From the human T2T-CHM13v2.0 reference genome, Homo sapiens, in NCBI RefSeq assembly GCF_009914755.1, contig NC_060932.1: a stretch of 64,000 bases of DNA; one strand, 5' to 3'. A program made the position numbers and the translations under genes. Numbering within the stretch: position 1 is the stretch's first letter; each line of letters opens with the position of its first letter. Below the pieces are notes generated by a model, which worked only from the letters and a program-made list of their open reading frames with translations, was not told the DNA's origin and made no database searches. Of the stretch, positions 13,826 through 31,064 are shown one piece after another.

Positions 13826-14173
13826 CTTATCTCAACTTGGGAATCTGTTAAGGCCAGAAACTGGGTGATATTCATCTTTGCACCCTTTTAAGAGTTCCTG
13901 GATGTAATAAATTCACAATGAATTTTTTTGATTTGTTGCTGGCTGATTGGTGGTAGAAGTATCTATCTATTGGGTAATTGCTGTATGGTAGACATTCATC
14001 TCAGTATATAAATGACTTACTTAATTCTTCAAGCAATTCCAAGATACAGGTTTTATTCTGTTTGTTTTACAGGCGAGAAAAAATAGGTGAAGCCAGATGT
14101 GGTTCCTGGGTTGGCTATCTCATTCTGATCAGGAGACCCCTTAGTCAAGAACATTGAATCCATCTATGTTCTT

Positions 14174-18148
<3,975 letters not shown>

Positions 18149-20489
18149 TTAAAGCTTATTACTAAAACGGTGTCTCTTCCTGGATCTTTTCACATAACAT
18201 TTAATCGCTGGTAATGACTGTGACCCCAGAGGCAGTCATCTAGTGAACTTCAAGTTGGCATTTCAATTAGCTGTACTGATTGCTGGGTTTGGGCATTTCA
18301 TATATTAGTGAGGAAGCTTAGCCCAAGAGCAGTCAGCTGAGGGACTTATTACCACAGTGCTTCTCGGAAGGAATAAATAACCTCATTAAAGCTTCTTTTG
18401 CTCTGGTTGAGAGAAAGGAAGAAAAGTTGAATCTCTTAGGCACTTGTTTGCATGGGGAGGAGCTCGGTGCCCAAGGCTGCCTGTGACAAGCAGGAGGGGT
18501 TTTCTCCCCTCCACTCTCCTGTCTCCCTCCTTCTTATCTCCTCTCCCTCTCTCCCTCATTTTTTTCCCCTCTCCTCTTCTTTTCTTCCTTCCATTCTTCA
18601 TTTCTTTCTTTCCTTTGGTAAAGCCATTGGTGGCCATAATAGTAACGCAATGTCCCCAAGCCTGGCTAATCCCTGGCTAGTCCAAATGCTCATGTGTACT
18701 CTTGCCACCTGTGAAGATTGTCTCTTCCTTCCTCAGGTGTCCCTGGGAGTCCCCCCAGCTGTCTCACAGGTGCTTACAAGTCAGTTGCCCTGTGGGTCTG
18801 CCATGTTCTTCCTCTCCTACAGGGGCATTCTTTCATGGTGTCCTCTTCTTGCCAGGTTCCCTGGGGCACCTCATTGTGGCCAGCACTGCTGGCACCCTTG
18901 GTGGGAGGATGGCACCCCCTGGAAGCACAACGTCTCTTGCTGCTTGCTCAGCTTGGCCGTCCTGGGTGGGGTCACCTGGAGCCTCCCAGGGTCAAAGCGT
19001 GACATAGGGTTGACCTGGTTCCTGGTACACAGAGGCTTATTCCTGTTTGTCCTCCATTTCCCCCTGTCTTCTCTCCTCTGGATGCCTGAGTCTCCGCCCC
19101 TCTTCCCTGCCCCTTGGTCCATTCAGCCAAGTAAACAAATAAAACAAAAAGCCAAGCAAACCAATGCCAGTAAACTCAGGTGGACACCCAGGTGCCACAT
19201 AGGCTCAACTGGGATCTGCTGCCACTTTAAAAAAGAATCACTAAAAATGGGAGCTCATTTTAAAATTTTAATGTACTTGACTCCACACTCTCTCTCCTCA
19301 ATCATGACCACTGCTATGTGTTACTACATCCCCAAAATGAACACCGGTGTGGTCCCTGGAAACAGCTGTGGATTTGGTGAAATGAGAGACACGGATTTCA
19401 ATCCCTCATGCTTGCCTTAACCTCTCCTGCATTCCTGCCAGGCTCCCTGGACTTTCTTCAGTGCGTTGAGTTGGGAAAGCCAGAGATTTATGACAAATCT
19501 GAATCTATTTTCCATTCTGCAGTAAGGAATGAATGAGATGATGACTGTAAAGTCACTGGCATGTGCAGGGGGCTCAGTGTAGCTGGTCTTCCTCCTCATT
19601 GCGGGACTGTCCACATCACCTTTCTTCCAGGTCTGGTTCAAGCTCCATCAGGGTCTGAGTCTGGACTTCTGGGGTCAGGAAGCCATGGAGGATCTCTGAC
19701 AAGTTCATAGGAGGGACTCCCAAGACCATGCTAAGAGAGCTGTTTCTAGACATCATGAAAAAATGCAGTGTCAGTGAGAAGGATGCATTTGAATAGAGGA
19801 GTGAGAAAACGAGGTAGTCAATGTTGAGTGAATGCTGACAGTGCGATGTAATGCTTAAAACTGCCCTTGGAGATGGCCTTTGTTATTATTCCCATTTGGC
19901 AAATGAAGAGATGGAGGGGAGCCAGCACTTCACAGCTGGGAGGCTGTCTTGAGAGTTCAGAGTCTCAACTGATGCTCTGAAATGGTGGACTAGGTCCTGA
20001 AGAGGCCAGAGACACAGACCAAAAATCAGGTTGGAGGACAGGCAGAAGAGGCATCAGCACAGGCTACATGGTCACAGTGAGGGTGGCACCAACTCGGCCC
20101 CTGCGTGGCTGATACACATATAACCTAGCTGATTGGACAGGTATATCAATATCCTTTTGACTTGACTTTCTGGATTACTCCTTCTCCCTCCCTGGATAAA
20201 ATCATGGGGAGTTTCCTTAGCTTTTTCAATCACTATTAGAAAATAAATGAATAACACCTTTGTTTTAACATAAAAAAACCCAGCCCAGTAAAATTTGCAT
20301 AACTCCAGAATAGTCCCATGTAATAATGTAACTCCAGTGCAGTCTAGTATAATCATTGACACCCTATGTTCTTATCCAGTTTAAAACTTTTTCATCCCTC
20401 TCTTCTTCAGCCTAGGTCACCTGCAAGAGAGCGAGGAATGGCAGCCATATGAAGATATACTAGAGAGAATGCTTTTGATCCATTCAAAT

Positions 20490-20940
20490 GCTTTTAATTA
20501 AAATATCAGAATACTGAACACTTAAAATGGGCTTAAACAATAAAGAAGTTGTTATCTCAGAAAACAATAGGTACAATAATTTTAGGATTGCTAGCGTTTT
20601 GATGATGGCTTCTTCTCATATTTACAAGAAGGCAGCAGGAGCTCCAGACATCACATTTTCACCTACCTATGCTCAGAGCCCAAAATAAGCAGTCCCTGTT
20701 TTGCTTATTTTTAAGAGTGAGAAAAGTGTGTCCAGAACCCCTTCAGCTTGATTCTTCTTTTCTCATATGGACTGTGGCTGTGGCATGTGCCTATTTCTAA
20801 GCCAATCATTGGCAAGGAGGATAGAATTAACATGATGGGCTTGAACCAGTCAACACTGGCGCTGAGGAGGAACCATGAATCACATGGACCCTAATTCCTG
20901 AAGCAAAACTGGGATTCGCTCAGCAAGGAAGAGAGTGTGG
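20490..20940 (-). mobile_element. Old MaLR LTR (MLT1K/L-like)
   Basis: ggcttaaacaataaaga, gcaggagctccagacatcacatt, ctaagccaatcattggcaaggagg. Confidence 0.7.
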
Positions 20941-21234
20941 GTGATAGTTATTTGGGGAAACCACATCTGAATGACTGTGACTGTTTGATGTCATGTGGGT
21001 TCATGTAAGTGAACCATCTGTTATCCACACCACAGAACAGGTTTCATTATTTCCATTCTACAGGAAAGTCAAACTCAAAGATAATAATTCACTTGAGGGC
21101 ACAGAGCCAGTTCATTGGAAAATCAACCCTAGGGGTCATATTTTTTAACTATATCTTTACTGGAGCATGATTCTTTTCTCATTCTAACCCTAACTTTTGA
21201 AATATCAATTTTCCAAACACATGCTAGCCAATGG

Positions 21235-21470
21235 CCGTGGGATGAGAAAACATGCGCTTTAGAACTAAAGAGAGTTGGGCTTAAATCCCTGCTTCAGTAT
21301 TTATTAACTCTGTGACCTGGACATGTACTTAAAACTCTCTCAGTTTTTTCATTTATAAAATGGGAATAATAAATCCTATATCATAGAATTGTCAGACAAG
21401 ACAGTAGATGTGTAAAGAGCTTAGCATGGTTTAAGAGCTCAATAATTGGTATGCATTGTTATTATTAGTC
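21235..21470 (+). mobile_element. MIR
   Basis: ctgtgacctggacatgtacttaaaactctctcagttttttcatttataaaatgggaataat. Confidence 0.8.
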
Positions 21471-21639
21471 TTAGTCAAAATATCGTGGAGTTCTTTATCT
21501 TCAATGATGTCCAGCCGTCTGTATATCTGTCCTTCCTTTTTTCTTTTCTTCTCTCTTTCTTTTCTTCTTTCTTTGCTTTCATTTTGTTTCTCCTACAAGT
21601 CTTTACTGATAACTTTTTAAAGTCATTACCTCTAAGCAT

Positions 21640-22188
21640 AAACACTTCCTTTCCACACTTAGCCTTGTGATTCTGGGGCTGGGACTTTGCAGACCACACA
21701 TCAAGCCTGGAGGAGGAAGAGGAGACTTGTTCCTTCCCATCTGTTTCCGAGGGCTTCCTGTTGGCTCACAGTTCCTGTGGGCATCACCCTGGAAGCAGCA
21801 GCTCCCTGTGTAGCAGCGGGTAACTCTAGTTTGCAGTTTTTCCAGCACTTACAGAGCCAGCCTCACCACACCCCACCCTGAAGACATCAGTGGGGCAGTG
21901 ACCCCTTCTCAGATCTGGGTTTCAGGCCTATGAGGGCTTCTCTGACCTCAGAGACACCAGCATCAGCCAGGCATTGACCCCTCCCCAGAGGTCTGAGTTT
22001 CAGCTCCACGGAGTCCATTATTCAAGTTTTCACGTTTTAGTAATTTCAACGTTTTCCCTAGGTAGTTACTTTGAGTTCTCTTTTTAGTCTTTGAGCTATC
22101 AGTTCAATAACTTTATGGCTGGTTAATATATTTTAATTCTTTCTGTTTAAATTGCCAGTATTGGCTTGACTGGATCCTGATTTACACA
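21640..22188 (+). mobile_element. ERVL LTR (LTR41-like)
   Basis: ttgtgattctggggctgggactttgcagaccacac, tagtttgcagtttttccagcactt, and the duplicated cagagacaccagc...cccctccccagaggtctg unit. Confidence 0.65.
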
Positions 22189-22189
22189 A

Positions 22190-22375
22190 GTGCTTCTCAT
22201 AGACCAGCCACTGTTTTAGGCATTGTGGAGAGAACAGTAAACAAAACAGTGGAAATACTCACCTCAAGGAGGCTACATTCTGCCAGGCAAAACAGAAAAT
22301 GAACACATACATAACACAAACATGATCTGTCAGAGGGTGGTAAGCTCTACAGTGAAAAAACACCAGGGGAGGGGT
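22190..22375 (-). mobile_element. L2 3' fragment
   Basis: cactgttttaggcattgtggagagaacagtaaacaaaac...ctcaaggaggctacattct. Confidence 0.65.
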
Positions 22376-23716
22376 GGGTGTGGGTGTGCCGATGCGGGGG
22401 TGAGTTGCCCTTTAAGCTGTCATGTTTAAATGATACCACTCATCATATATGTGAGAATATCTTGTTGCCCCAAATACTGGAAATCACTTTGTTTCATTTA
22501 TAGCACAGTCTTATGAATCTTGGAGATTTTGTAAAACCAGAGGGTGTATAGAATTAATAGGGCTCTAAATGGATATCATACCTAGAAAAAAAAAAGAACA
22601 GCGTTTTAATTGGGTGGATAACAAGTGTGTGTATGTGGTATTTTGTCTGAACTGACAGCATCATCATTGAATCCAGCAATCTTCCTTAGAACAGATACTG
22701 GCTTATTTTAAACCATAGGTGCTACAGCCCAGAAGGGGTCTCCATTTTTCAAATCAAAGCTCTTGGAATTTTCCTCCTCATTTCCTGATTCTGAAAGGAT
22801 TCCAATCAAATTTGTCTGCACATATTTCTCATTTATTTTCCTGACCACCAAGAAGGCCTCTTGAATTGGAGAATCCCACTGTTGAGGGTTTTCATTTGTA
22901 TGATTTGCCCAGAGTGTGGCTTTTTGCTTCTAGGAGTCACAGAAAAGAGGGAAGACCTGAGCACAGTCTTCAGGACAGAAGGCCATGGTCACTGGTCATA
23001 ACTAATTCTACCAGCCAGGAGAGGAAACGTGACTTACAATGACCAGCCTGATTTCTTGCTGATAGATGTTGTAATAGCTTTTATTATTATTATTTTTTAA
23101 CAGTGCTTTTACTCAAGCCTGGGAAAAACCTGAATTCAAATTGGTACATCTTTTGATTTTGCAGAACAATCTTTTATGTTGGTTGGAACACTAGGTGGTG
23201 AAGCCAAAAAATAAAATTGCAGATGTGGTTTCCATTGAGAGGTGTACCAGGCAGGTGCATCTGGAATTGGTTTTCTTCCTGGGTGTTTACACAGCAGAGG
23301 ATTCCTCATATCTTTGCTTTGGAAGAAGTCACAAGATTTTTCTCTTTGACTTTCCAAAAATGTCCCTGAGCTGCATGGAATGCTTTCATTATTACCAAGG
23401 AGGAGAAATGGATTAGTCTTTTCTTTCCTAGTTATAGTCACAGTTCAAAGTTAGAGAAAGTTTATTTTAATTCTGCTGTGAAGGGACCAGTTAGGGTCTA
23501 AGTAATTCCTGCTTCTGGGATTCAGAGATGTCAGATAAGTTGGTGGGGCAGGTGGCCCACAGGATATTAAAATGATATTGAGTGTTTGGTTTGTGCCTGG
23601 AATGTTGTTAAGGACTTTTTATGCATTTATCACATTTAATCAACACAACCATTCTATAAGATAGATATATTATTATTATCTTTATTTTACACAAAAAGAA
23701 AGAAGCTTAGAGACAG

Positions 23717-24041
23717 TGTCATAATCTGTTCCTGCTGCTATAACAAAATACCATATACCGGGTAGTTTATAAACAACAGAGTTTTATTTTTTGTAGTTCT
23801 AGAGGCTGTGAAGTCCAAGATGAAGGTGCTAACAGATTTGGTGCCTGGTGAGGGCCCATTTCCTGGTTCATGGGTAGTGCCTTCTTGCTATGTCCTCACA
23901 TGGTAAAGGGGCAAGGCAGATTTCTGGGGCCTGTTTTATAAGGGCACTAATCCCATTCATGAAGACTCTGCCTTCATGATCTAATCACTTAGGATTTCAA
24001 ACATAATTTTTTTGGGGAAAACAAACATTCATACCATAGCA
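23717..24041 (-). mobile_element. MLT1A/A0 LTR inserted in a MIR (MIR about 23575-23716 and 24042-24110)
   Basis: gctgctataacaaaatacca, gaagtccaagatgaaggtgc, taagggcactaatcccattcatga; ends cattcataccatagca. Confidence 0.9.
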
Positions 24042-24505
24042 GATGCTAATAACTCATGGTTATGCAGCTAGTAAGGGTTAGAAGTAGAACTCCAACCTGG
24101 GTCTCTTTGAGAAAGATTTGCAAGAGATATTTACATGAGGTGGGTGGGAGAAAAGACAGTTTCTGAGACAAAATCACTTCATGCTAATTTAAGCTACTCA
24201 ATGTTTAAAAAAAGCTAGTCTATGATAAAGGTCATTTTTGCTTTGTATTAAGACAACCCAGATCAAATCCAATCTAAAGTTATTTATTGAATAGCTCTAC
24301 TCGTCCAGGTATTACCCTAAGCGCTTTTAAATACCTGATTTTATTAAATTTTCTCAATTTCATGCAGGATAGAGATTTAGATCCCCATTTCTCAGGTGGG
24401 GTCACTCAGGTTAAGCTTGAATTAACCTGCACTGTCTACTTAGTTTCAGTCTTCCTAAAACCACGTTGAATGTTTCTAATCTCTTCTGTGAGATTAGCAG
24501 GCTGC

Positions 24506-25330
24506 TGTTTTGGTTATCTATTGCTATGAACAAACCACTCTAAAATTAAGTGGCATAAAATAACAATCATTTTATTATGTTCATACCGTTGTTGGTCATG
24601 AATTCAGGCAACACATAGCAAGGATAGATTTTTGTTGGGGAGTATTCAGCTGGAGTAGCGCTAACTGTTGGTGGTGTCTGGGTTGGTCACCTGGAGGTGT
24701 ATATCTAGGGCTGTCTGTGAGTTTTTTTCGGTTCTTCACGTCATTTCTACTGGGAATGGGATGCCCGTCTTCATTCACTGTCTGGCATCTGGGCTGGTAT
24801 GGCTGCCACAGTTGGAGCTGTTCAGGTGTTTTCTCTCCTTCCATGTGGTCTGTGCACACAGTAAGCATGGATTTCCTCATAACGTAATGATTTTAGGGCA
24901 GCTGGCTTTCCCCACAGTTGAGTTTCTCAGCCCTGGCACTGTTGACATTTTGAGCCAGACCATACTTTGTTGGGATTGAGGTGTCGTGTGTAACAGAATG
25001 TTTATCAGCATCCCTGGACTCTACCCACTAGATACCAGCAGCACCCTCTGACCTCCCCAGTTATAACAATAATAACAACGAAAATCTCAGACATTGCCAA
25101 ATATTTCCTGGGGCATGCGAATTCCACACCCTCTTCCCCATTAACAATCCATAGCAAGGCTTCCAAGAAGCCTACAAAACTTATGACCTAGCCTTGGAAA
25201 TTCCAGAACTTTATTTCTGCCACTTTATATTAGTCAAGAAAGTCTCAAAGGCTAGCCTGATTTCAAGGGGAGGAGAATTAGACTCCACTTCTCAATGAGA
25301 GAGATAGAAAATAATTTGCAGCCACTTTTT
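24506..25330 (-). mobile_element. MaLR LTR (MLT1F/G-like) interrupted by MER20
   Basis: gttatctattgctat...agtggcataaaataacaatcattttatta; after MER20, tttcaaggggaggagaattagactccacttctcaatg. Confidence 0.75.
24915..25150. mobile_element. MER20 (hAT-Charlie)
   Basis: ttctcagccctggcactgttgacattttgagccaga, gcatccctggactctacccactagatacc, cagacattgccaaat. Confidence 0.88.
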
Positions 25331-26192
25331 AAAATATACTGTGATAAAATACACATAACAAAATAAAAATATACATATATAAAATACACATGAAATTTAC
25401 CATGTTAGCCACTTTTTATGTGGCATCAAGTACATTCACATTGTTGCACGACCATCACCACCATCCATCTTCAGAACATTTTTCGTCTTCCCAAACTGAA
25501 ATTTCCTACTCATTAAGCAATAACTACTTCTCTCTCCTTCCACCCACCTGGCAGCCACAGCTCTACTTTCTGTCTTTATAAGTTTGACTACTCTGGATGC
25601 CTCATAGTGGAATCATAATGAGGCAGAAGAATTGGGTATGGAGGCAGGGAACCTAAGGCTGATTCATGCTGACTACATATCAGAGGCTACTCCCTTCTCA
25701 ACTCCTTTTTCTGCATGGTAATTGCTGTGTGGCAGCGGCAACCCCTCCATTTTCTGTGTGGCAGTTGAAAAATGAAAATACCTCTGATTGGTCCTCTCTC
25801 ACAACCAATCAGACTGGTTACAGGCCTACTCTTCATTCTGATTGGTCCCCTCCCACAACCAATCAGACTGGTCAGAGGTCAATGAGAACCCTCTAGAGGT
25901 GCATTGAAACTACAGAAAATTCTGTAACCAGCCCTCTTGCTTGAACCTGCTCCCACCCTGTGGAGTATACTTTTGCTTAAAATAAATCTCTGCTTTCTCT
26001 GCCATGCTTTGTTTGTGTGTTTTGCCTAATTCTTTGCTCAAAATGCCAAGAACCTGGACAACTACCCTCCACTGGTAACAGAGTGTTTGTCCTTTTGTGT
26101 CTGGTTTATTTCACTTAGCATAATGATTTCAAGGCTCCTCCATGTTGTAGGATGTCAGAATTTCCTTCCTTTTTAAAAACTAAATAATATTG
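25330..26192 (-). mobile_element. L1MB 3' fragment split by MER51 LTR
   Basis: gtacattcacattgttgcac...ttcccaaactgaaa...ggaatcata | gtttgtccttttgtgtctggtttatttcacttagcataatg. Confidence 0.8.
25619..26080 (+). mobile_element. MER51-family ERV1 solo LTR
   Basis: tgaggcagaagaattgggtatggaggcagggaacctaagg ... gccaagaacctggacaac...ctggtaaca. Four CCAAT boxes in two inverted pairs (about 25783-25867). Confidence 0.88.
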
Positions 26193-26947
26193 CAAACATC
26201 TTTAATTGACCACAGCTACTCAAATTCAAATTTTCATTGGTCTACAAAATAATGGAAGACAATTCTAGTTTAACTTGGGATTTTCTCTTGGAAATGTTTG
26301 CTCAGGCCTAAAATCTGATTTGTGCTAAGTCAGTCATGAGCAGACAGCTCAGGCTGACCTAATAAAACGATACCTGGGATTCTGCTTTGTATTATTGTGT
26401 GATGCAGATGTAAAATAAAATTGGACAGCTCTAAAACCAAGTGGTTTCACTGTTCTGGAGAAAAATGTGCTACATACATTTAAAATATTCTTACTAGTGT
26501 GTTTGCAACCAGGTGACAGGCGGTGGTGGGGAGGTGGGACAAGGGAAAAAAGAGAGGCAAAGTCACTGGCTCGAGGTCCGGAGTGAGCTAAAGTCTCTAA
26601 GGTCATACAATGTCAGAGCTTGAAGTGAGCTTGGAGTTATCTAGTCCCGATGATTCATTTCACTGACAATAATAACAATGACCTTACATTTAATAACTAT
26701 TTAGAATTTTCTAATAGCTTTCACCCCTACTCCATTACTGGATTTTGATACAAACAGCACTGTATGTTAGGATGTGCTATGCTATCTATAGTTTGAGGAA
26801 ACTAAGTCACATACTCCAGTCAACTGGAGTCCAGCTCTCCTAAGCTCCAGCCTTTCTACCTCACTGAGCCACACTTAAATTTGAATGACCGTTGTTAAAA
26901 TCATGGGCTCAGTCCCTAGGCCTCTGTCATGTACTTCTCTCCAGGTG

Positions 26948-27258
26948 TTTTTTTGTTTGTTTGTTTTTTGTTTTTTGAGACGGAGTCTCGCTTTGTCACC
27001 CAGGCTGGAGTGAAGTGGTGCGATCTGGGATCACTGCAACCTCCGCCTCCTGGGTTCAAGCAATTCTCCTGCCCCAACCTCCCGAGTAGCTGGGATTACA
27101 GGCATGCGCCACCACACCCGGCTAATTATTTTGAATTTTTAGTAGAGATGGGGTTTCACCATATTGGCCAGGCTGGTCTTAAACTCTTGACTTTGTGATC
27201 TACCCGCCTTGGCCTCCCAAAGTGTTGGGATCACAGGCGTGAGCCACTGGGCCTGGCT
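26948..27258 (-). mobile_element. AluS (Sg-like)
   Basis: Full dimer. The gactttgtgatc variant lacks the extra AG of Sx-type elements. Confidence 0.95.
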
Positions 27259-28739
27259 CCCAGGCCTCTTTTAGAAAGCAAATGCCTGCTATGCAGGGCA
27301 CTATAACATTGAACAATGTTGTAGAAGGGAATGTAAAAACGCCCTTATTTATATAATCCTATGTATCACACAGTATTCTAGGCATTGTACATATAAAATC
27401 TTTTAAAGTTTTCTAAATAATCCCATGAAGATAACATCCGTATTTTACAGTTAGCAATGCTGAGACTTACACAGATCAGGTAACTTGCCCGTCTTGGTCA
27501 GGGTAACAAAGATCTTGGAGAGACTGGGGCCCTAAACATGTCAGCATTATGAGAAATGCAAGGGTTAAATTGTGAACTAACCCTAGAGCTGTTCTATTCC
27601 TTCCCACTTATGATATCTATTTTCTTCTGCGTTTTTGAAGGTCATGTCTCTGTACAACTTTAACTTTTCTCCTCATGCTGCCTAATAACATTTGGGAGCT
27701 TGGGAAAAGCTTTTTCTAATATTTACCAAGCCCTTCAAAGTCGCTAGGCAATCACGGCAGGTCTCTTCACAGAGGGTGAACCTGCTGACAACTTGGGGAA
27801 GCCTGGTGCAATATCTTCAGAGCACTTGTTTCTGTGAAATTCTTGTTTCTCAGCGTTGATCTTCATGGGTTGGAAATGAATAAAGGTTGTAGGTGAGGCT
27901 GTTGTAGGTTCAGAATGTGTAGTACCTGAGCCATAGAGTGAAAGAGTGGTCATTATTTCTGGGCATGTGACAAGGCTGAAGTCTAGACATCATGATAGAC
28001 TGTCACTGCAGGTTCAAATCAAGGATGCTTTTGTAAGGAAAGGGGAGGGGGTTTAGAAGAAGAGTTTGAGTCATAAGGAATACAAGTTTGGTGTTTTGCT
28101 ACATCAACTGCTAAGTAACACACAGTCCCTAGATTCCCAAAGTCTTTAAGTCTTTATTTGAAAACGACAACGTCAATTTAATAATATGGATCATGGAGAT
28201 TGGCTTTAGGGTGACTCTGGGAGAATACAAGAAGGTTCTACTACTTATGCTGCCACAAATTGTGATTCAATAGATCCCCAAAATCCAGTAGGTGTTCAAG
28301 AAATATTGGTTAAATGAATGCAAGAGGCTGCAATTGGTTCCAAGAGCTGAAATTGTACATTGCAAGTGTTGATAGTGGAGAAGACAGTATATTCTCAATT
28401 ACAACCCTCATTATTACAGGGACTTACATAATCCAGTCTCAGAAAGGGCTCATGTTAAAGGATACACCATCCAAATAGCTAAAAAATACCCACAGCCAAA
28501 AGTAATTTATATTCATGTTTTACTTGACTGCCTCAGGGAATGTCAGAGAGGAGGGCCATCCCATCTATGGAAACACGACGTAATATTCCCCAACCTGTCA
28601 AGTCTTCTCCTGAGTGCTTCAGCTCATAACCTTTTTTCCCTTCTCTGAATCCCTTAAGTGCTTTTATTTTGACTTCTTATGCATATTAAATGCAGGCTTG
28701 TTGTTCTGTTGCTTGACCAAGTCATGTCGTGTCTCCTAT

Positions 28740-29140
28740 TAATTCATTCATTGTTTTTTACCAAGCCCCTGCCACATGCCAGGTACTATTCTAGTTGCTG
28801 GGCATATAGCAATGAATGAAATAGAAAAGAAAATCCTGTCATAGTAAAGCGTAAATTCTGATGTGGAATAACAGATGATGAACAAATCAATATGTTATAT
28901 AATATATTAGATGACCACAAGAATAGTGGAAAATTAAGCAGGAAAAGCAGAGAGAGTGCCAAATGGGAGGGAGTGTGGGAAGGTGGTCAGGGAGGACCTC
29001 ATTAAGAGCAAACACCTGAAGGAAGGGAGGGAAGAACATATGTGAATATCTGGGGCAAGAGCATTCCAAGAAGAAGAAAGAGCAAGTGCAAAAGCACTGA
29101 GGCAGCAATCAGCCATGAGTGTGAAGGAACAGCAAGAAGG
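28740..29140 (-). mobile_element. L2a-like 3' end
   Basis: attcattca terminus, atgccaggtactattctagttgctggg, ggtggtcagggaggacctc, tggggcaagagcattccaag. Confidence 0.8.
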
Positions 29141-29883
29141 CCCTTCTCTTTTTCAAACCCTGGAGAGCTGGAATCATGTGTTATATATCCTGTGTCCCTC
29201 CTGTATCATCTAACTCAGGACTGGGCACTTTGCAGACATGAGTAGAATCACAGAATAATAAACCTTAGAAGAAGCTTTGAATGCCCTCGTTTTGCAAATA
29301 AAAAACCTGAGGCCCAGAAAGTGAACCTGACTTGCCCAATTGTTGATACCTCTACTGTTTCTGCTCCCATGGCTGCCACTGTTATGACTATTATTTTTAA
29401 TACACTATTACTAGTACTCAGATCCCACGGCTCTACATCATTCCTCTCTGGTGCACTGTCACACTCAAAGAAATGCATTCCAACAAGGAAAAGTCTTTGC
29501 AAAGCACTTGCAGTCTTTACCCAGTTCTCTTGAAGAATATGAAAGAATCCATCTCAAAATGCAGAGCCACATGCTGCTTTCCTTTCTTGCTCCCCATGGT
29601 CTCATTCTCCAAAGCTGTCCCATACCTCCCCCTCCTCGGACCCTTTTCTCTGTCTTCTCCAGGACAAGTGACGTTGGTCTTTTCCCCTCCTGCCTCTTCC
29701 TCTGGCTACTGTGGTTCCTTGCTCTCATTTTCCTATTCTGAACTACAGAGAATAGCCCAGAAATGGCCAGCAAAGATAGAACAGCATAGGGGATGGGGAG
29801 AAGCCATGTGCACAATGCAAATGTCATCTTTAGCTTTCAGGGGGAGAAGAATTAGTATTTGTCCTTGTCAAACTGATATTTCT

Positions 29884-30150
29884 AGCTGGATGCAATGGCT
29901 CATGCCTGTATTCCCAGAACTTTGGGAGGCTGAGGCAGGAGGATTGCTTGAGACCAGGAATTCACGGCAACATAGTGAGACTCTATGACTGCCAGAAATT
30001 AAAAAAAATTAGCCATGGTGGCATGTGCCTGTGGGAAGCTGAGGCGGGAGGATCACCTGAGCCCAGGAGTTTGAGGTTGCAGTCAGCTATGATTGCACCA
30101 CTGTACTTCAGCCTGGGTTACAGAGTGAGGTCTTATCTCTTAAAAAAAAA
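29884..30150 (+). mobile_element. AluJ, diverged with small deletions
   Basis: ggaggattgcttgag, gagcccaggagtttgaggttgcagtcagctatgatt, poly-A; flanked by tatttcta. Confidence 0.9.
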
Positions 30151-31064
30151 TTATTTCTATTTTTATGGGGTCTATTGACAGCCACTTTCACTGTGTTTCA
30201 TTTCTTATTTTACAAAGACATTTCATAGTCAAGATTTAATTGGATTTGGACTTGGAAACTATGTCTTATGAAGGCCAAGCCTCCATTCTTTCTATGAAAT
30301 ATTGGTTAAATAAATGGTGTAGTAAATTAATGAAATGAGTGTCCATTCCCAGGGCTGCCCTTAAAATATGTAGGAGCCCCAGGAGATATTTTTTTTGAGT
30401 TATCCCAAATCAACATGTCAGCACCATTTTGATGGGCACATCTTGCATAATTTCTGCAAAAGAAATAATACACTGGACAGTAGGAGGAATACCCATGCTA
30501 GGACACTCTTCTGGATCTGGGGTTTAGCCATAAGGCTCCTGAACAATTTAGTAGAAGTCCTGGAGCATCATGGGACATCTGGTCAACCACATATTGAGGG
30601 TGGGAACAGAAGGTTGGAGAGCAACCCAAAAGGGAGAAACAGAGCCTAGAGGCTAGTCTGGTTCGGGCTTGGTGTACCTCTCACCTGATGGCATTCCTTG
30701 ACCAAGACCCGTTTTAGGCAACAGAAATGTCTTTAGAAAATTACAAGGAGAACACCTTAAATGATGTGGTACCCCTTGCCCTAGTCTAAGGGACATTAAT
30801 TGATATCGTTCCACTAATAGCTAATTATAACTGTGCTTTACCCATGTACCAGGCTCTAAGCTAAATGCTTTATAGTGAGCTAGATATTACCATTATCCTG
30901 TTTTACAGATGCAAAAGTTGTGCTTAGATGCTAACAGACTGGCTTGCTCAGGTAGTGTGATGTGGAGCCTATGCTTTAATCACTTCTGTTTCTGTGCCTT
31001 AGCTTCAGAGTGAATGCTCCTCTAGGTTTTTTGTCTCCATCCAGGAGGTCTTCCTTCCACTTAC

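Noticed and set aside
18452-19420. 322-aa ORF, the longest non-L1 ORF
   Set aside because: Ser/Leu/Pro/Phe-biased because it crosses a pyrimidine tract. No recognisable domain, and overlapping frames are also open, which points to composition-driven stop depletion.
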